A DNA stretch of 64,000 bases from an uncultured Gemmatimonadaceae bacterium. Lineage in GTDB: Bacteria; Gemmatimonadota; Gemmatimonadetes; Gemmatimonadales; Gemmatimonadaceae. A model generated the notes under the pieces. The model did no database searches. It was not told the DNA's origin and worked only from the letters and a program-made list of their open reading frames with translations. The DNA lies in contig CAWJMB010000002.1 of assembly GCA_963843845.1 (NCBI GenBank), forward strand, positions 1,280,001 to 1,344,000, given 5' to 3'. This document shows, one piece after another, positions 39,618 through 49,696 of the stretch. The translations under genes and the position numbers were made by a program. Every line of letters begins with the position of its first letter. Position 1 is the stretch's first letter.

Positions 39618-41450
39618 GTGTACCGCCGCCTCCTGCGCTTCCTGCGCCCGCACGCCGGCCGGATGTTCGGCGCCGTGCTCGCGAACGTGCTGACCGCGGT
39701 GATGGACGTCTTCACGTTCACGCTGCTCATCCCGTTCCTGAACGCGCTCTTTCAGCGGCCGAGCCTCCTCGGCGACAACGCCCTCGGTCGGGTGCAGAAC
39801 GCGCTGATCGGGCGGCTGATCGTCCCCGACGCGCCGATGGCGTCGCTCGAGCACGTCATGGCGATCATCACGGTCGCGGTGGTGCTGAAGAGCGTGTTCC
39901 TCTGGCTTTCCGGCAACCTCGGCGCCGCCCTGCAGGAGTACGTCACGCGCGACCTGCGCGACGCGACCTACGCGCACCTGCAGCGGCTGCCGCTGCCGTG
40001 GTTCGCACGCACGAAGGCGGGGCAGATCCTCGCGCGCGTGCTGACCGACACGCAGCAGACCAAGCAGGTCATCACCGAGGTGGTCACGCGCTCCCTGCTC
40101 AGCCTCACGACCGTGCTCGCGACGGTCACCGCGATGTTCGCGATGTCGTGGCGGCTCACCCTGCTCTCGCTCGTCGTCGCGCCGCTCCTCATCGCCGCGC
40201 TGCAGCCGCTGCTGCGCAAGCTGCGCACGGGCTACCGTCACACGAGCGACCAGCTCGGTGAGCTGACGGCGATCGTGCAGGAGACCGTGAGCGGGATCCG
40301 GCTCGTGAAGTCGTTCGGCGGTGAGCCCTACGAGGAGCGGCGCTTCCGCGCGGCGAGCGGGCGGCTCGCGAAGGGGCTGACGCGGGTCGCGCGAACGGCC
40401 TTCCTCGCGCAGCCGCTGACCGAGACGATCGCGACGCTGATCGCCGTCGCCGTGCTGTGGGTCGGCGCGCAGCAGGTCCTCGTCGCCGGCACGCTGCAGG
40501 GGGCCGAGCTGATCGCGTTCCTGGCGCTCGTCATGCGGATGCTGCAACCGCTGAAGCAGCTCTCGCAGGTGCCGACGACCGCGCAGCAGTCGCTCGCCGC
40601 CGCGGAGCGCGTGTTCGACATCCTCGACGCGCCGAGCGAGACGGCGCTCGACCGCGGGACGATCGCGCCGGCGCGCTTCGAGCGCGCGCTCGCGTTCGAG
40701 CACGTCCACTTCGCCTACGGCGAGGAGTCGGTGCTGCGTGACGTGTCGCTCGTCGCGCGCCCGGGTGAGATCGTCGCGCTCGTCGGACCGAGCGGTGCGG
40801 GGAAGAGCACGCTCGTCGATCTCGTGCCGCGCTTTCACGAACCCGTGTCGGGCCGGGTGACCCTCGACGGGATCGACGTGCGCGAGGTGCGGCTCGACGC
40901 GCTCCGCGCGCTGATCGGCATCGTCAGTCAGGACACGGTGCTGTTCAACGACACCGTGCGCAACAATGTCGCGTACGGCGCGGCCGAGCGGTTCACCGAC
41001 GCGCAGATCGAGGCGGCGGCGCGCGCCGCGAACGCGCACGGGTTCATCAGCGAGCTGCCCCAGGGGTACGCGACGGTGCTCGGCGAGCGCGGCACGCGCC
41101 TGTCCGGGGGCCAGCGCCAGCGCCTCGCCATCGCGCGCGCGTTGCTCGTCGACCCGCCGATCCTCATCCTCGACGAGGCGACGTCGGCACTCGACACGGA
41201 GAGCGAGCGCCTCGTTCAGGAAGCGATCGATCGCCTGCTCGTCGACCGCACCGTCTTCGTCATCGCGCACCGACTGAGCACGATCGTGCACGCCGACCAG
41301 ATCCTCGTGCTCGACCGCGGCGCCATCGTCGAGCGGGGCACTCACCCCGAGCTGCTCGCGATCGGCGGCGTCTATGCGCGCCTGCATGCGCTGCAGTTCG
41401 GCGACCGGGCGAGCGACGCCGCCGTCGCTCGCACCGTGGAGCGCGTCTAG
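39618..41450 (+). CDS. MsbA-like ABC exporter (TMD + NBD)
   Basis: Six-TM domain, GPSGAGKST, LSGGQRQR, ILDEATSALD, IAHRLST; next to a lipid A acyltransferase. Confidence 0.92.
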   Translation: MYRRLLRFLRPHAGRMFGAVLANVLTAVMDVFTFTLLIPFLNALFQRPSLLGDNALGRVQNALIGRLIVPDAPMASLEHVMAIITVAVVLKSVFLWLSGNLGAALQEYVTRDLRDATYAHLQRLPLPWFARTKAGQILARVLTDTQQTKQVITEVVTRSLLSLTTVLATVTAMFAMSWRLTLLSLVVAPLLIAALQPLLRKLRTGYRHTSDQLGELTAIVQETVSGIRLVKSFGGEPYEERRFRAASGRLAKGLTRVARTAFLAQPLTETIATLIAVAVLWVGAQQVLVAGTLQGAELIAFLALVMRMLQPLKQLSQVPTTAQQSLAAAERVFDILDAPSETALDRGTIAPARFERALAFEHVHFAYGEESVLRDVSLVARPGEIVALVGPSGAGKSTLVDLVPRFHEPVSGRVTLDGIDVREVRLDALRALIGIVSQDTVLFNDTVRNNVAYGAAERFTDAQIEAAARAANAHGFISELPQGYATVLGERGTRLSGGQRQRLAIARALLVDPPILILDEATSALDTESERLVQEAIDRLLVDRTVFVIAHRLSTIVHADQILVLDRGAIVERGTHPELLAIGGVYARLHALQFGDRASDAAVARTVERV

Positions 41451-41451
41451 C

Positions 41452-42549
41452 GTGCGCGCGCTCCTGGTCTGCACGCGTCCGCGATGGGACGGCGCGACGC
41501 GCGCGTTCGCCGCCGCGGCGCGCGGGCTCGCCGAGCACGGGTGGGACGTGACGTGCGCCTGCGACGACGGCGCCGGGTCGGTCCGCGGGCAGGTCGAGGG
41601 TGCCGTGGCCGCGGCCGGCGTCGTCGTGCTGCCGCTGCCGGCCGACGCGTCGGCGCTCGCCCTCACGTCGAGGCTGCGTCACGTCATCGCCAGCCGGCGC
41701 CCCGACGTGGTCTACGTGCACGGTGAACGCGGGCAGCTCGCCGCGGCGACCGCGCTGTGGCGGACGCGCCACGTGACGCTCGTGCGGCGTGTCGGCGCAG
41801 GAGAGCAGTTCACCGCCGGCCGCGCGGCCCGGACCGCGACGCGGTTCGCACCTCCGGTCGCCCTGCTCACGTGGCCCGAGCAGGCAGCGAGCGCGGACGA
41901 CGTCGGCGCGCTGCGGCACGTCGTCGCGGATGTGGGCGTCGGGCCGGCGCAGCCCGTGCCATCCGCCGACGAGTGGCTCGACGAGCGGCGCCTCGTCTGC
42001 GTCTGCGACGCGAGCGGTCACGCGCGCGCCGCCACCGTGTTGCGCGCCGTCGCGCTGCTCGCCCCGCGCCATCGTGAGCTGCGGCTCGTGCTCGCCGGGC
42101 CGGGGGCGCACGACGAGCAGTTGCGGCTGCACGCGGCGGCCTTGGGCATCCATCGCCTCGTGCGCCACCTGCCGCCGGGCGCGGGGGTGGCCGACGACGC
42201 CGCCGCCCGCGCCTCGGCGCACGTCGGCTGGGTCACTGCCGACTGCGACGACGGCGCGTTCGGCGCCCTCGACTTCATGGCCGCCGGTGTGCCGCTCATC
42301 GCCGAGCGCGGTGGCGTCGCGGCTCGCTACGTGCCCGACGGCATCGCCGGCGTCCACGTGAATCCTGCCGACGTTCCGGCGACCGCCGCGGCACTCGCCG
42401 CCCTGCTCGCGCGTGACGACGAGCGGCTCGCGATGGGAAACGCTGGCCGCGTGCGCGTCGCGCGCGCGTTCAGCGAGGCGGCGATGGTCGACGGCTTCGT
42501 GCGCGCCGCGGAGCTCGGCGCGTCGCGTCGCGTGCGGGCCACGCGGTGA
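41452..42549 (+). CDS. GT-B (family 4-like) glycosyltransferase, divergent
   Basis: PDVVYVHG, LRLVLAG, FMAAGVPLIA..GG..V.DG..G, ERLAMGNAGR..FS..AMVD. Confidence 0.7.
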   Translation: MRALLVCTRPRWDGATRAFAAAARGLAEHGWDVTCACDDGAGSVRGQVEGAVAAAGVVVLPLPADASALALTSRLRHVIASRRPDVVYVHGERGQLAAATALWRTRHVTLVRRVGAGEQFTAGRAARTATRFAPPVALLTWPEQAASADDVGALRHVVADVGVGPAQPVPSADEWLDERRLVCVCDASGHARAATVLRAVALLAPRHRELRLVLAGPGAHDEQLRLHAAALGIHRLVRHLPPGAGVADDAAARASAHVGWVTADCDDGAFGALDFMAAGVPLIAERGGVAARYVPDGIAGVHVNPADVPATAAALAALLARDDERLAMGNAGRVRVARAFSEAAMVDGFVRAAELGASRRVRATR

Positions 42550-43511
42550 CCGAGGCCGCCGCCGTGGACGCGCCGACACCGGAACGTGCGCGCGACACGC
42601 CGACCGTCGCGCACCGCGCCGAGTACTACGCGCTCCGCGGCGCGCTCGGGGCGATCGGCACGCTGCGCTGGCGCCGCGCCACCGCGATCGGCGCCGCGCT
42701 CGGCCGGCTCGGCTACGCGCCGCTCGGCATTCGGCGCGGAGTCGTCGAGCGGCAGATCGCCGCCGCGTTCCCCGAATGGAGCGACGAGCAGGTGCGCACG
42801 ACCGCGGTCGCGTCGTTCGAATCGTTGGGCCGCACCGCCGTCGAGACGGCGCTCATGCCGTCGTTGGGCCGCGACGGCGTGCTGGACCTCTTCGAGCGCG
42901 CCGACGGCTGGGACGTCCTCGAGTCGGCGCGCGCCGAGGGGAAGGGCGTCATCGTCATCACCGGTCACCTCGGCAACTGGGAGCTCGGCGGCTCCTACGT
43001 CGCGGCGCGCGGGGTGCCGATCGACGGGATCGCGCGCGGTCAGGCGAACCCGCTGTTCGACCGCTATCTCACCGACACGCGCCAGCGGCTCGGCATGCGC
43101 ATCGTGCACGACGCGGAGGCCGTGCGCCGCACGCCGCGCGCGCTCCGCGACGGGCGCGTCGTCGCGTTCCTCTTCGACCAGGGCGCGTTGGGCCTCGCAT
43201 CGACGTACGTGCCGTTCTTCGGGCGCCCGGCGAAGACGCCGCGTGGCCCGGCCGTCTTCGCGCTGCGGCTCGGCGCGCCGGTCGTGTTCGCCGTGAGTCT
43301 GCGACAGCCGAGCGGCCGCTTCGTCCTCTCCTTCGAGCGCGTACCGACCGTCGACACCGGGGACCGCGAGCGCGACGTCGACACGATGGTCGCGCGCTTC
43401 AACGCGGTGCTGGAGTCGTGGGTCCGGCGAGCGCCGTCGCAGTACTTCTGGCAACACCGCCGCTGGCGCCACCAGCCGCCGGACACGCCGCCGCACCTTC
43501 GGGAGCCGTGA
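42546..43511 (+). CDS. Lipid A late acyltransferase (LpxL/HtrB family)
   Basis: GKGVIVITGHLGNWE, FLFDQ, VPFFG, VRRAPSQYFWQHRRW. Confidence 0.9.
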   Translation: MTEAAAVDAPTPERARDTPTVAHRAEYYALRGALGAIGTLRWRRATAIGAALGRLGYAPLGIRRGVVERQIAAAFPEWSDEQVRTTAVASFESLGRTAVETALMPSLGRDGVLDLFERADGWDVLESARAEGKGVIVITGHLGNWELGGSYVAARGVPIDGIARGQANPLFDRYLTDTRQRLGMRIVHDAEAVRRTPRALRDGRVVAFLFDQGALGLASTYVPFFGRPAKTPRGPAVFALRLGAPVVFAVSLRQPSGRFVLSFERVPTVDTGDRERDVDTMVARFNAVLESWVRRAPSQYFWQHRRWRHQPPDTPPHLREP

Positions 43512-44482
43512 CCACGCCCACGAGTACCGTGCGCCGCGACACCGCCGCGCTTCCTGTCGTCCGCCCGGTCCCGGCGCGCCCTGCCGGTCGCGTCTGGCCG
43601 CTCCTGCGGCGCGACGGGCGCGCGCGACTCGGCCTCGTCGTCGTCGTGCTGCTCGTCGCCGGCGCGCTGCTCGCGCCGCTCGTCACGCGCCACGACCCGA
43701 CCGCCATCGATCTCGCGAGCGCGCTCCAGCGGCCATCCGGGGCGCACTGGTTGGGCACCGACGTGCAGGGACGCGACGTCTGGGCGCGACTCGTCTTCGG
43801 CGCCCGCGTCTCGCTCGCCGTCGGGATCGCGTCGCAGGTGCTGTCACTCGCGTTGGGCGTCGCGCTCGGACTGATCGCCGGGTTCTACGGACGCTGGGTC
43901 GACGAAGTCGTGATGCGTCTCGCCGACGTGACGCTCGCGTTCCCGACGCTGCTCCTCCTCATCGCGATGGCCGCCGCGCTGCAGCCGTCGTTGGGCACCG
44001 TGCTGCTCACGATCGGCGTCGTGGGCTGGGCCGGGATGGCGCGGCTCGTCCGCGGGCAGGTGCTGGTCGTCCGCCAGGCGGAGTACGTGCAGGCCGAACG
44101 CGCGCTGGGCGCCGGCGACATCCGGATCATGCTGCGCCACGTCCTCCCCAACGTCATCGCCCCCGTCGTCATCGCCGCGACGCTCGGCGTCGCCGGCGCC
44201 ATCATGGCCGAGGCCGCGCTGTCGTTTCTGGGATTGGGCGTGCAGCCGCCGACGCCGAGCTGGGGCGCCATGATCGCCGACGGGCGCGACCTCGCGCAGC
44301 TGCGCGGCGCTCCGTGGACGTCGCTCTTCCCCGGCCTGGCGATCGGCGCCGCCGTCCTCGGCTTCAACCTGCTCGGCGACGCGCTGCGCGACGCCCTCGA
44401 CCCGCGCGCCGCCGGCCTGCGTGCCGCACGCCGCACCGACCTGCCCACCGCCGAAGGCACACCGACTGGAGGGCGGAGATGA
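43508..44482 (+). CDS. Peptide ABC transporter permease (DppC/OppC-like)
   Basis: HWLGTDVQGRDVWARL, EYVQAERALGA, HVLPNV, EAALSFLGLG..P..SWG, NLLGDALRDALDP. Confidence 0.92.
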   Translation: MTTPTSTVRRDTAALPVVRPVPARPAGRVWPLLRRDGRARLGLVVVVLLVAGALLAPLVTRHDPTAIDLASALQRPSGAHWLGTDVQGRDVWARLVFGARVSLAVGIASQVLSLALGVALGLIAGFYGRWVDEVVMRLADVTLAFPTLLLLIAMAAALQPSLGTVLLTIGVVGWAGMARLVRGQVLVVRQAEYVQAERALGAGDIRIMLRHVLPNVIAPVVIAATLGVAGAIMAEAALSFLGLGVQPPTPSWGAMIADGRDLAQLRGAPWTSLFPGLAIGAAVLGFNLLGDALRDALDPRAAGLRAARRTDLPTAEGTPTGGRR

Positions 44483-45637
44483 CGTACGACGTGCGACGCG
44501 TTGCGCCGCGCCGAGTTCCCCTGGACCGAAGACGGCGACACGATCTACCTCGGCAACGCGTCGACGGGCCCGCTGCCGGCCCGCACGACGGCCGCCTCGA
44601 CGACTGGACCCGCCGCCGCGCGAGCCCCGTGGACGATCACCGACGCCGAGATCTTCGCGACGGCCGCGCGCTCGCGGTCACTCGTCGCAGCGCTGATCGG
44701 CGCCGACGCGAGCGAGATCGCGCTCATGACGAACACGTCGCACGGCGTGAACGTCGCCGCGCGCGCCCTGCCGTTCGCCGCCGGCGACGTCATCGTCTCG
44801 GTCGACCGCGAGTTTCCCGCCGAACGTGTATCCGTGGATGGCGCTCGCCGACCGCGGCGTGCGCTTCGAGCTGCTGCCGACGGTCGACGGCCTGCCGGAC
44901 GAGGCCGCGCTGCTCGCCGCGATCGACCGACCCGAGGTGCGCGCGATCACCGTGAGCTGGGTGCAGTTCGCGACGCGGCTACTGCGTCGACCTGGAAGCG
45001 CTCGGCGCGCGCTGTCGCGCGGCGCGGCAAGTACTTCATCGTCGACGCGATCCAGGGCGTCGGCGCGCGCGAGCTCGACGTGCGCGCGTGCCACGTCGAC
45101 CTGCTCGCGTGCGGCGCGCAGAAGTGGCTGCTCTCGCCGTGGGGCACGGGCTTCCTGTACGTCCGCCGCGAGCTGATCGCGCACTGCAGCCGCAGAACGT
45201 CGGCTGGATGGCGGTGCAAGGACAGCGAGGATTTCTCGCGCCTCGTCGACTACGACTACACGCTGCACGACGACGCGCGCCGCTTCGAGGTGCTGACGCT
45301 GCCGTATCACGACTTCGCCGGCGATGATCGCGAGCCTCGAGCTCCTCCACGAGCTCGGGCGCGTCGCGCGATCGCCGCGCACGTCGCGCGGCCTCACCGA
45401 CCGCATCGTCGCCTGGGCCGACCGCGCGCGACGACGTGCGCCTCGTGACGCCGGCCGACCCGGCGCGCCGCGCCGGCATCGTCAGCGTCGCGCCGCCCGA
45501 TCGCGCCGCGGCGGCTGCGCGGCTCAAAGCCGCCGGCGTCGCGCATGCCTTGCGCGAGGGCGCGGTGCGGCTCGCCCCGCACGGTTACAATACCGTCGAC
45601 GAGATCGACCGCGCGCTCGCCGTGCTCGCTCGGCTGA
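44479..45637 (+). CDS. Class V PLP aminotransferase / cysteine desulfurase-like (many indels; end approximate)
   Basis: IYLGNASTGP, NTSHG, EFP, VDAIQGVG, GAQKWLLSPWGTGF, VRLAPHGYN across frames. Confidence 0.85.
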
Positions 45638-45688
45638 CCGACGCGCCGGCCTCCCGACCCCACCTCCGCTCCGACTCCGAGGCTCGCC

Positions 45689-45988
45689 ATGCCCGCTCGC
45701 TCTCTCCGCGCCGCCCGTGCCGCCGCGCTCGTCGCCGCGACGCTCGCCGTCGCCACCGTCGGCTGCGTCCGCGGCCGCAACGACGGCGGCCGCGACGCCG
45801 CCGGCCTCTCGAGCAACGGCGCCGGTCCGGCGCCGCAGCCGGGTCCATTAGGCGGCCAGAACACCGACACGACGATGGCGCCCGCGGCCGTCGGCACGAC
45901 ACCGTCGGCGTCGCCCGTGACACCCCCCGCGGCAGCGAGCGGCGGCACCGCCACGTCCGCCGTCCCGGGGGCCACCAGGCAGCCCTGA
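45689..45988 (+). CDS. Small putative lipoprotein with a low-complexity tail
   Basis: Signal peptide ending VATVG-C; Pro/Ala/Thr-rich remainder. Confidence 0.55.
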   Translation: MPARSLRAARAAALVAATLAVATVGCVRGRNDGGRDAAGLSSNGAGPAPQPGPLGGQNTDTTMAPAAVGTTPSASPVTPPAAASGGTATSAVPGATRQP

Positions 45989-46039
45989 CGCCCGACGGTC
46001 AGCCCGAGCGTCGCGAGGGAGCGCGCCGGTCGACGCCGG

Positions 46040-47302
46040 TCACCCGCGCCGTACGAGCGCGTAGTCTCGCGCCCCTTTGCGCAGGAGCAGGTGCCCGCCC
46101 GGCAGCTCGTCCTCCTCGCGCACGGCGCTCTCGCCAGCCGTGAGGCGACGTCCGCTGACCGTCAGCCCGCCCTGATCGAGCAGTCGCCGCGCCGCCCCTT
46201 TCGACGGCACGAGCTCCGCGGCGACGAACAGCTCGATCGCGTCCGTCGCCGCGGACTCGACGAACGGAATTTCGCGCGCGAGCGCCGCGAGCGCGTTCGC
46301 CGACAGCGCGCGCGGATCGCCCTTCGCGAAGAGCAGCGTCGAGACTTCGTGGGCCACGGCCGCCGCGTCGGCGCCATGAACGCGCGTCGTCACGTCGGTG
46401 GCGAGCGCGTGCTGCGCCTCGCGCTTCTCCGGCCGCTCCGCCGTCGCCGCGTCGAGCGCCTCGATCTCGGCGCGCGGCAGCAGCGTGAAGAAGCGCAGCA
46501 GCCGCCCCACGTCGCGATCGTCGGTGCGCATCCAGAACTGGTAGAACTGGTAGGGCGACGTGCGCGCCGCGTCTAGCCACACCGCGCCCGCCTCCGACTT
46601 CCCGAACTTCGCCCCGCTCGCGGTCGTGAGGAGCGGCAGCGTGAACGCGTGCGCCGAGCCGCCGTCCGCGCGCCGGATGAGCTCCGTTCCCGCCGTCATG
46701 TTCCCCCACTGATCGTTGCCGCCGAGCTGCAGCGTCACGCCGTGCCGGCGGAACAGCGCGAGGAAGTCGTACGACTGGAGGAGCATGTAGGAGAACTCGG
46801 TGTACGAGATCCCCGTCTCCATCCGCCCCTTCACCGAGTCTTTCGCGAGCATCACGTTCACCGAGAAGTGTTTCCCGACGTCGCGCAGGAACTCGATGAG
46901 GTTCATCGGCGCGAGCCACTCGGCGTTGTCGAGCATGATCGCCGCGTTCGGCGACGCGTCGCCGAAGTCGAGGAACCGCTCGAGCTGCGCGCGGATGCCG
47001 CGCGTGTTCTCCGCGACGACGTCCGCCGAGTGCAGCTGACGCTCGGCCGTCTTGCCGCTCGGGTCGCCGATCATCCCGGTCCCGCCGCCGACGAGCGCGA
47101 CCGGGCGATGGCCGGCTCGCTGCAGGTGAACGAGACCCATGATCGGCACGAGACTTCCCACGTGCAGGCTCGACGCGGTCGGGTCGAAGCCGCAGTAGCC
47201 GCGGAGCGGGCCGGCCGCGAGCGCGTCGGCGAGTCCTTCGGTCGTCTGCACGAGCATCCCGCGCCAGGCCAGCTCGTCGAGCAACGAATCGGTGTCATGC
47301 AT
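46040..47302 (-). CDS. tyrS: Tyrosine--tRNA ligase
   Basis: YCGFDPTASSLHVG, GDPSGK, EFSYMLLQSYDF, GGNDQWGN, KFGKS, C-terminal S4 domain (LRKG). Confidence 0.97.
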   Translation of the reverse strand: MHDTDSLLDELAWRGMLVQTTEGLADALAAGPLRGYCGFDPTASSLHVGSLVPIMGLVHLQRAGHRPVALVGGGTGMIGDPSGKTAERQLHSADVVAENTRGIRAQLERFLDFGDASPNAAIMLDNAEWLAPMNLIEFLRDVGKHFSVNVMLAKDSVKGRMETGISYTEFSYMLLQSYDFLALFRRHGVTLQLGGNDQWGNMTAGTELIRRADGGSAHAFTLPLLTTASGAKFGKSEAGAVWLDAARTSPYQFYQFWMRTDDRDVGRLLRFFTLLPRAEIEALDAATAERPEKREAQHALATDVTTRVHGADAAAVAHEVSTLLFAKGDPRALSANALAALAREIPFVESAATDAIELFVAAELVPSKGAARRLLDQGGLTVSGRRLTAGESAVREEDELPGGHLLLRKGARDYALVRRG

Positions 47303-47365
47303 GGGCGCAGATAGCACGCCCAGCCGCGTCGTCAGTCGCGCTCGCCCCGCCGTTAGCTTTCGCAC

Positions 47366-49696
47366 ATGCCTCAGACCTCGCGGCAGACCCCGTTCTGGCA
47401 TCGCCATTCCACCGCCGGCCGCGTCGACGCTCGTCGCGACGGCGTTCTGTCGTCGGCGCGGGGCTCGGCGGCTCGTACGGATCGTGGGCGCTCGCCTGTC
47501 GCGGCGGCGCCTGTCCGTCGGCCGACGCGCTCGAGGGGTACGCGCCGTCGCAGACGTCGAAGCTGTTCGCCGCCGACGGCCGCTTCGTCGCCGAGATCGG
47601 GAACGAGCGGCGCACGCTCGCGACGCTGAACGACATCCCGCCGCTCGTGCGGCAGGCGTTCCTCTCCACCGAGGACAAGCGCTTCTACCGCCACGGCGGC
47701 ATCGACTGGATGCGCGTCCCCGGCGCGACGCTGCGCAACGTCCGCGCACGACGTGGCGCGAGGGGTTCTCGACGATCACGATGCAGCTCGCGCGCAACAT
47801 CTTCACCGACGACCTGTCGCGCGAGAAGACGGTCGTCCGCAAGCTCCGCGAGGCGAAGGTCGCGCGCGACATCGAGGCGAAGTACTCCAAGGACAGCATC
47901 CTCGAGCTGTACCTGAATCAGATCTACCTCGGCAGCGGCGCGTACGGCGTCGAGACGGCCGCGCAGCGCTACTTCGGCAAGAGCGTCGCGCGATCTCAAC
48001 CTCGCCGAGGCCGCGACGCTCGCCGCGCTGCCGAAGGCGCCGAACCGCTACGATCCGCGCCGCTTTCCCGAGCGCGCGGTGCAGCGCCGCAACACGATCA
48101 TCGAGCTGATGCGCGCCGCGGGCGAGGTGAGCGATGCCGACGCCTCGCTCGCGAAGGCGTATCCGCTGCAGCTCGCGAACCGCACCGAGTCCGGCGAGAC
48201 GGCGCCGTACTACATCGAGTGGGTGCGTCAGCAGCTCGAGTCGAAGTTCGGCCAGCAGCTCTACCGCGACGGCCTCAAGGTCTACACGACGCTCGACCTC
48301 GACATGCAGTCGGCCGCCGAGCGCGCGCTCGAGCGGCAGCTGCGCTCGATCGAGGAGGGGCGCTACGGCAAGTACGACCACGAGAGCTACGAGGAGTACG
48401 TCGCGAAAGGGCAGGAAGACCCCGAGCTGCGCGCCGCGGCGAACAGCCCGTATCTGCAGGGCGCGTTCGTCGCGCTCGACCCGCGCACCGGCGCCGTGCG
48501 CGCCCTCGTCGGCGGACGCGACTTCGACGACTCGAAGTTCAACCGCGCCGTGCAGGCGCAGCGGCAGCCCGGCTCGACCTTCAAGCCGATCGTCTACGCG
48601 GCCGCGGTGCAGAACGGCCGCTCGCCGTCGCACATCGTCGACGACTCGCCGATCGCGATCGAGAACATGGGCGGCGAGACGTGGTCGCCCGAGAACTACG
48701 ACCGCAAGTTCCTCGGCCCGATGCCGATGCGACGCGGGCTCTACACGTCGCGCAACATCGTCGCGATCAAGACCGGCATGGAGCTCGGGCCGAGCGCGGT
48801 GATCGACGAGGCGCGCCGCTTCGGCATCACGACGCCGATCCCGCCGTACCCGTCGATCTTCCTCGGCTCGGCCGACGTCTACCCGATCGAGATGATCGCC
48901 GCGTACTCCGTGTTCGCGACGCTCGGCACGCGCGCGGCGCCGTACGCGATCCTGCGCGTCGAGAACCAGCGCGGCGACGTGCTGTGGGAGCCGGAGCCCG
49001 TGCGCGTGCAGGTGCTGTCGCCGGAAGAGGCGTACCTGATGGTCAGCATGATGCGCGACGTGAACATGCGCGGCACGGCGGCGGGCGCCGTGGCCGGCGC
49101 CGGGTTCGACGTTCCGTCGGGCGGCAAGACCGGCACGACGAACGACGGCACGAACGTCTGGTACGTCGGCTACACGCTCGGACCTCGTCGCCGGCGTCTG
49201 GGTCGGGCTCGATCGGCCGCAGAAGATCAAGAACAACGCGCAGGGGGGCGAGCTCGCGGCACCGGCGTGGACGGCGTTCATGAAGGAGGTCTATCGAAAG
49301 AAGCCGACGCCGCCCGACTGGCCGCAGCCCGCCGGCATCGTCTCGCGCCAGGTCATCGAAGGCACGAACATCCTGTACGACCCGATGGCGTGCCCCGCAG
49401 CGCCCGTCACCACCGACCTGTTCATCGCCGGCACCGAGCCGGTCGAGACGTGCGCGACGACGCCGTACGTCGCGCCCGGCGATTCGCTGGGCGTCGCGCC
49501 CGACTCGGCCCTCGTCCAGCCGCCGGGCTCGCCGTACCCGCCGTACCCGCCGGCGATCGACAGTGGGACGCGTTCGCCGCGGCCGACGGTGCCGCTGCCG
49601 GACAGCCTGATCGGCACCGACTCGATCACCCGTCCGCGTCCGCGCCCGTTGGTGCCCACGCCCGTCCCGCCGATCCGCCCCGCGCTTCAGCGATGA
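47366..49696 (+). CDS. Class A penicillin-binding protein (PBP1A family; indels)
   Basis: EDKRFYRHGG, GFSTITMQLARN, RKLRE, YLNQIYLG transglycosylase; QPGSTFKP, SRN, GKTGT transpeptidase; Pro-rich tail. Confidence 0.93.

Noticed and set aside
47303..47365. T-box leader for tyrS
   Set aside because: The spacer is only about 60 bp and holds divergent promoters; too short for a T-box.
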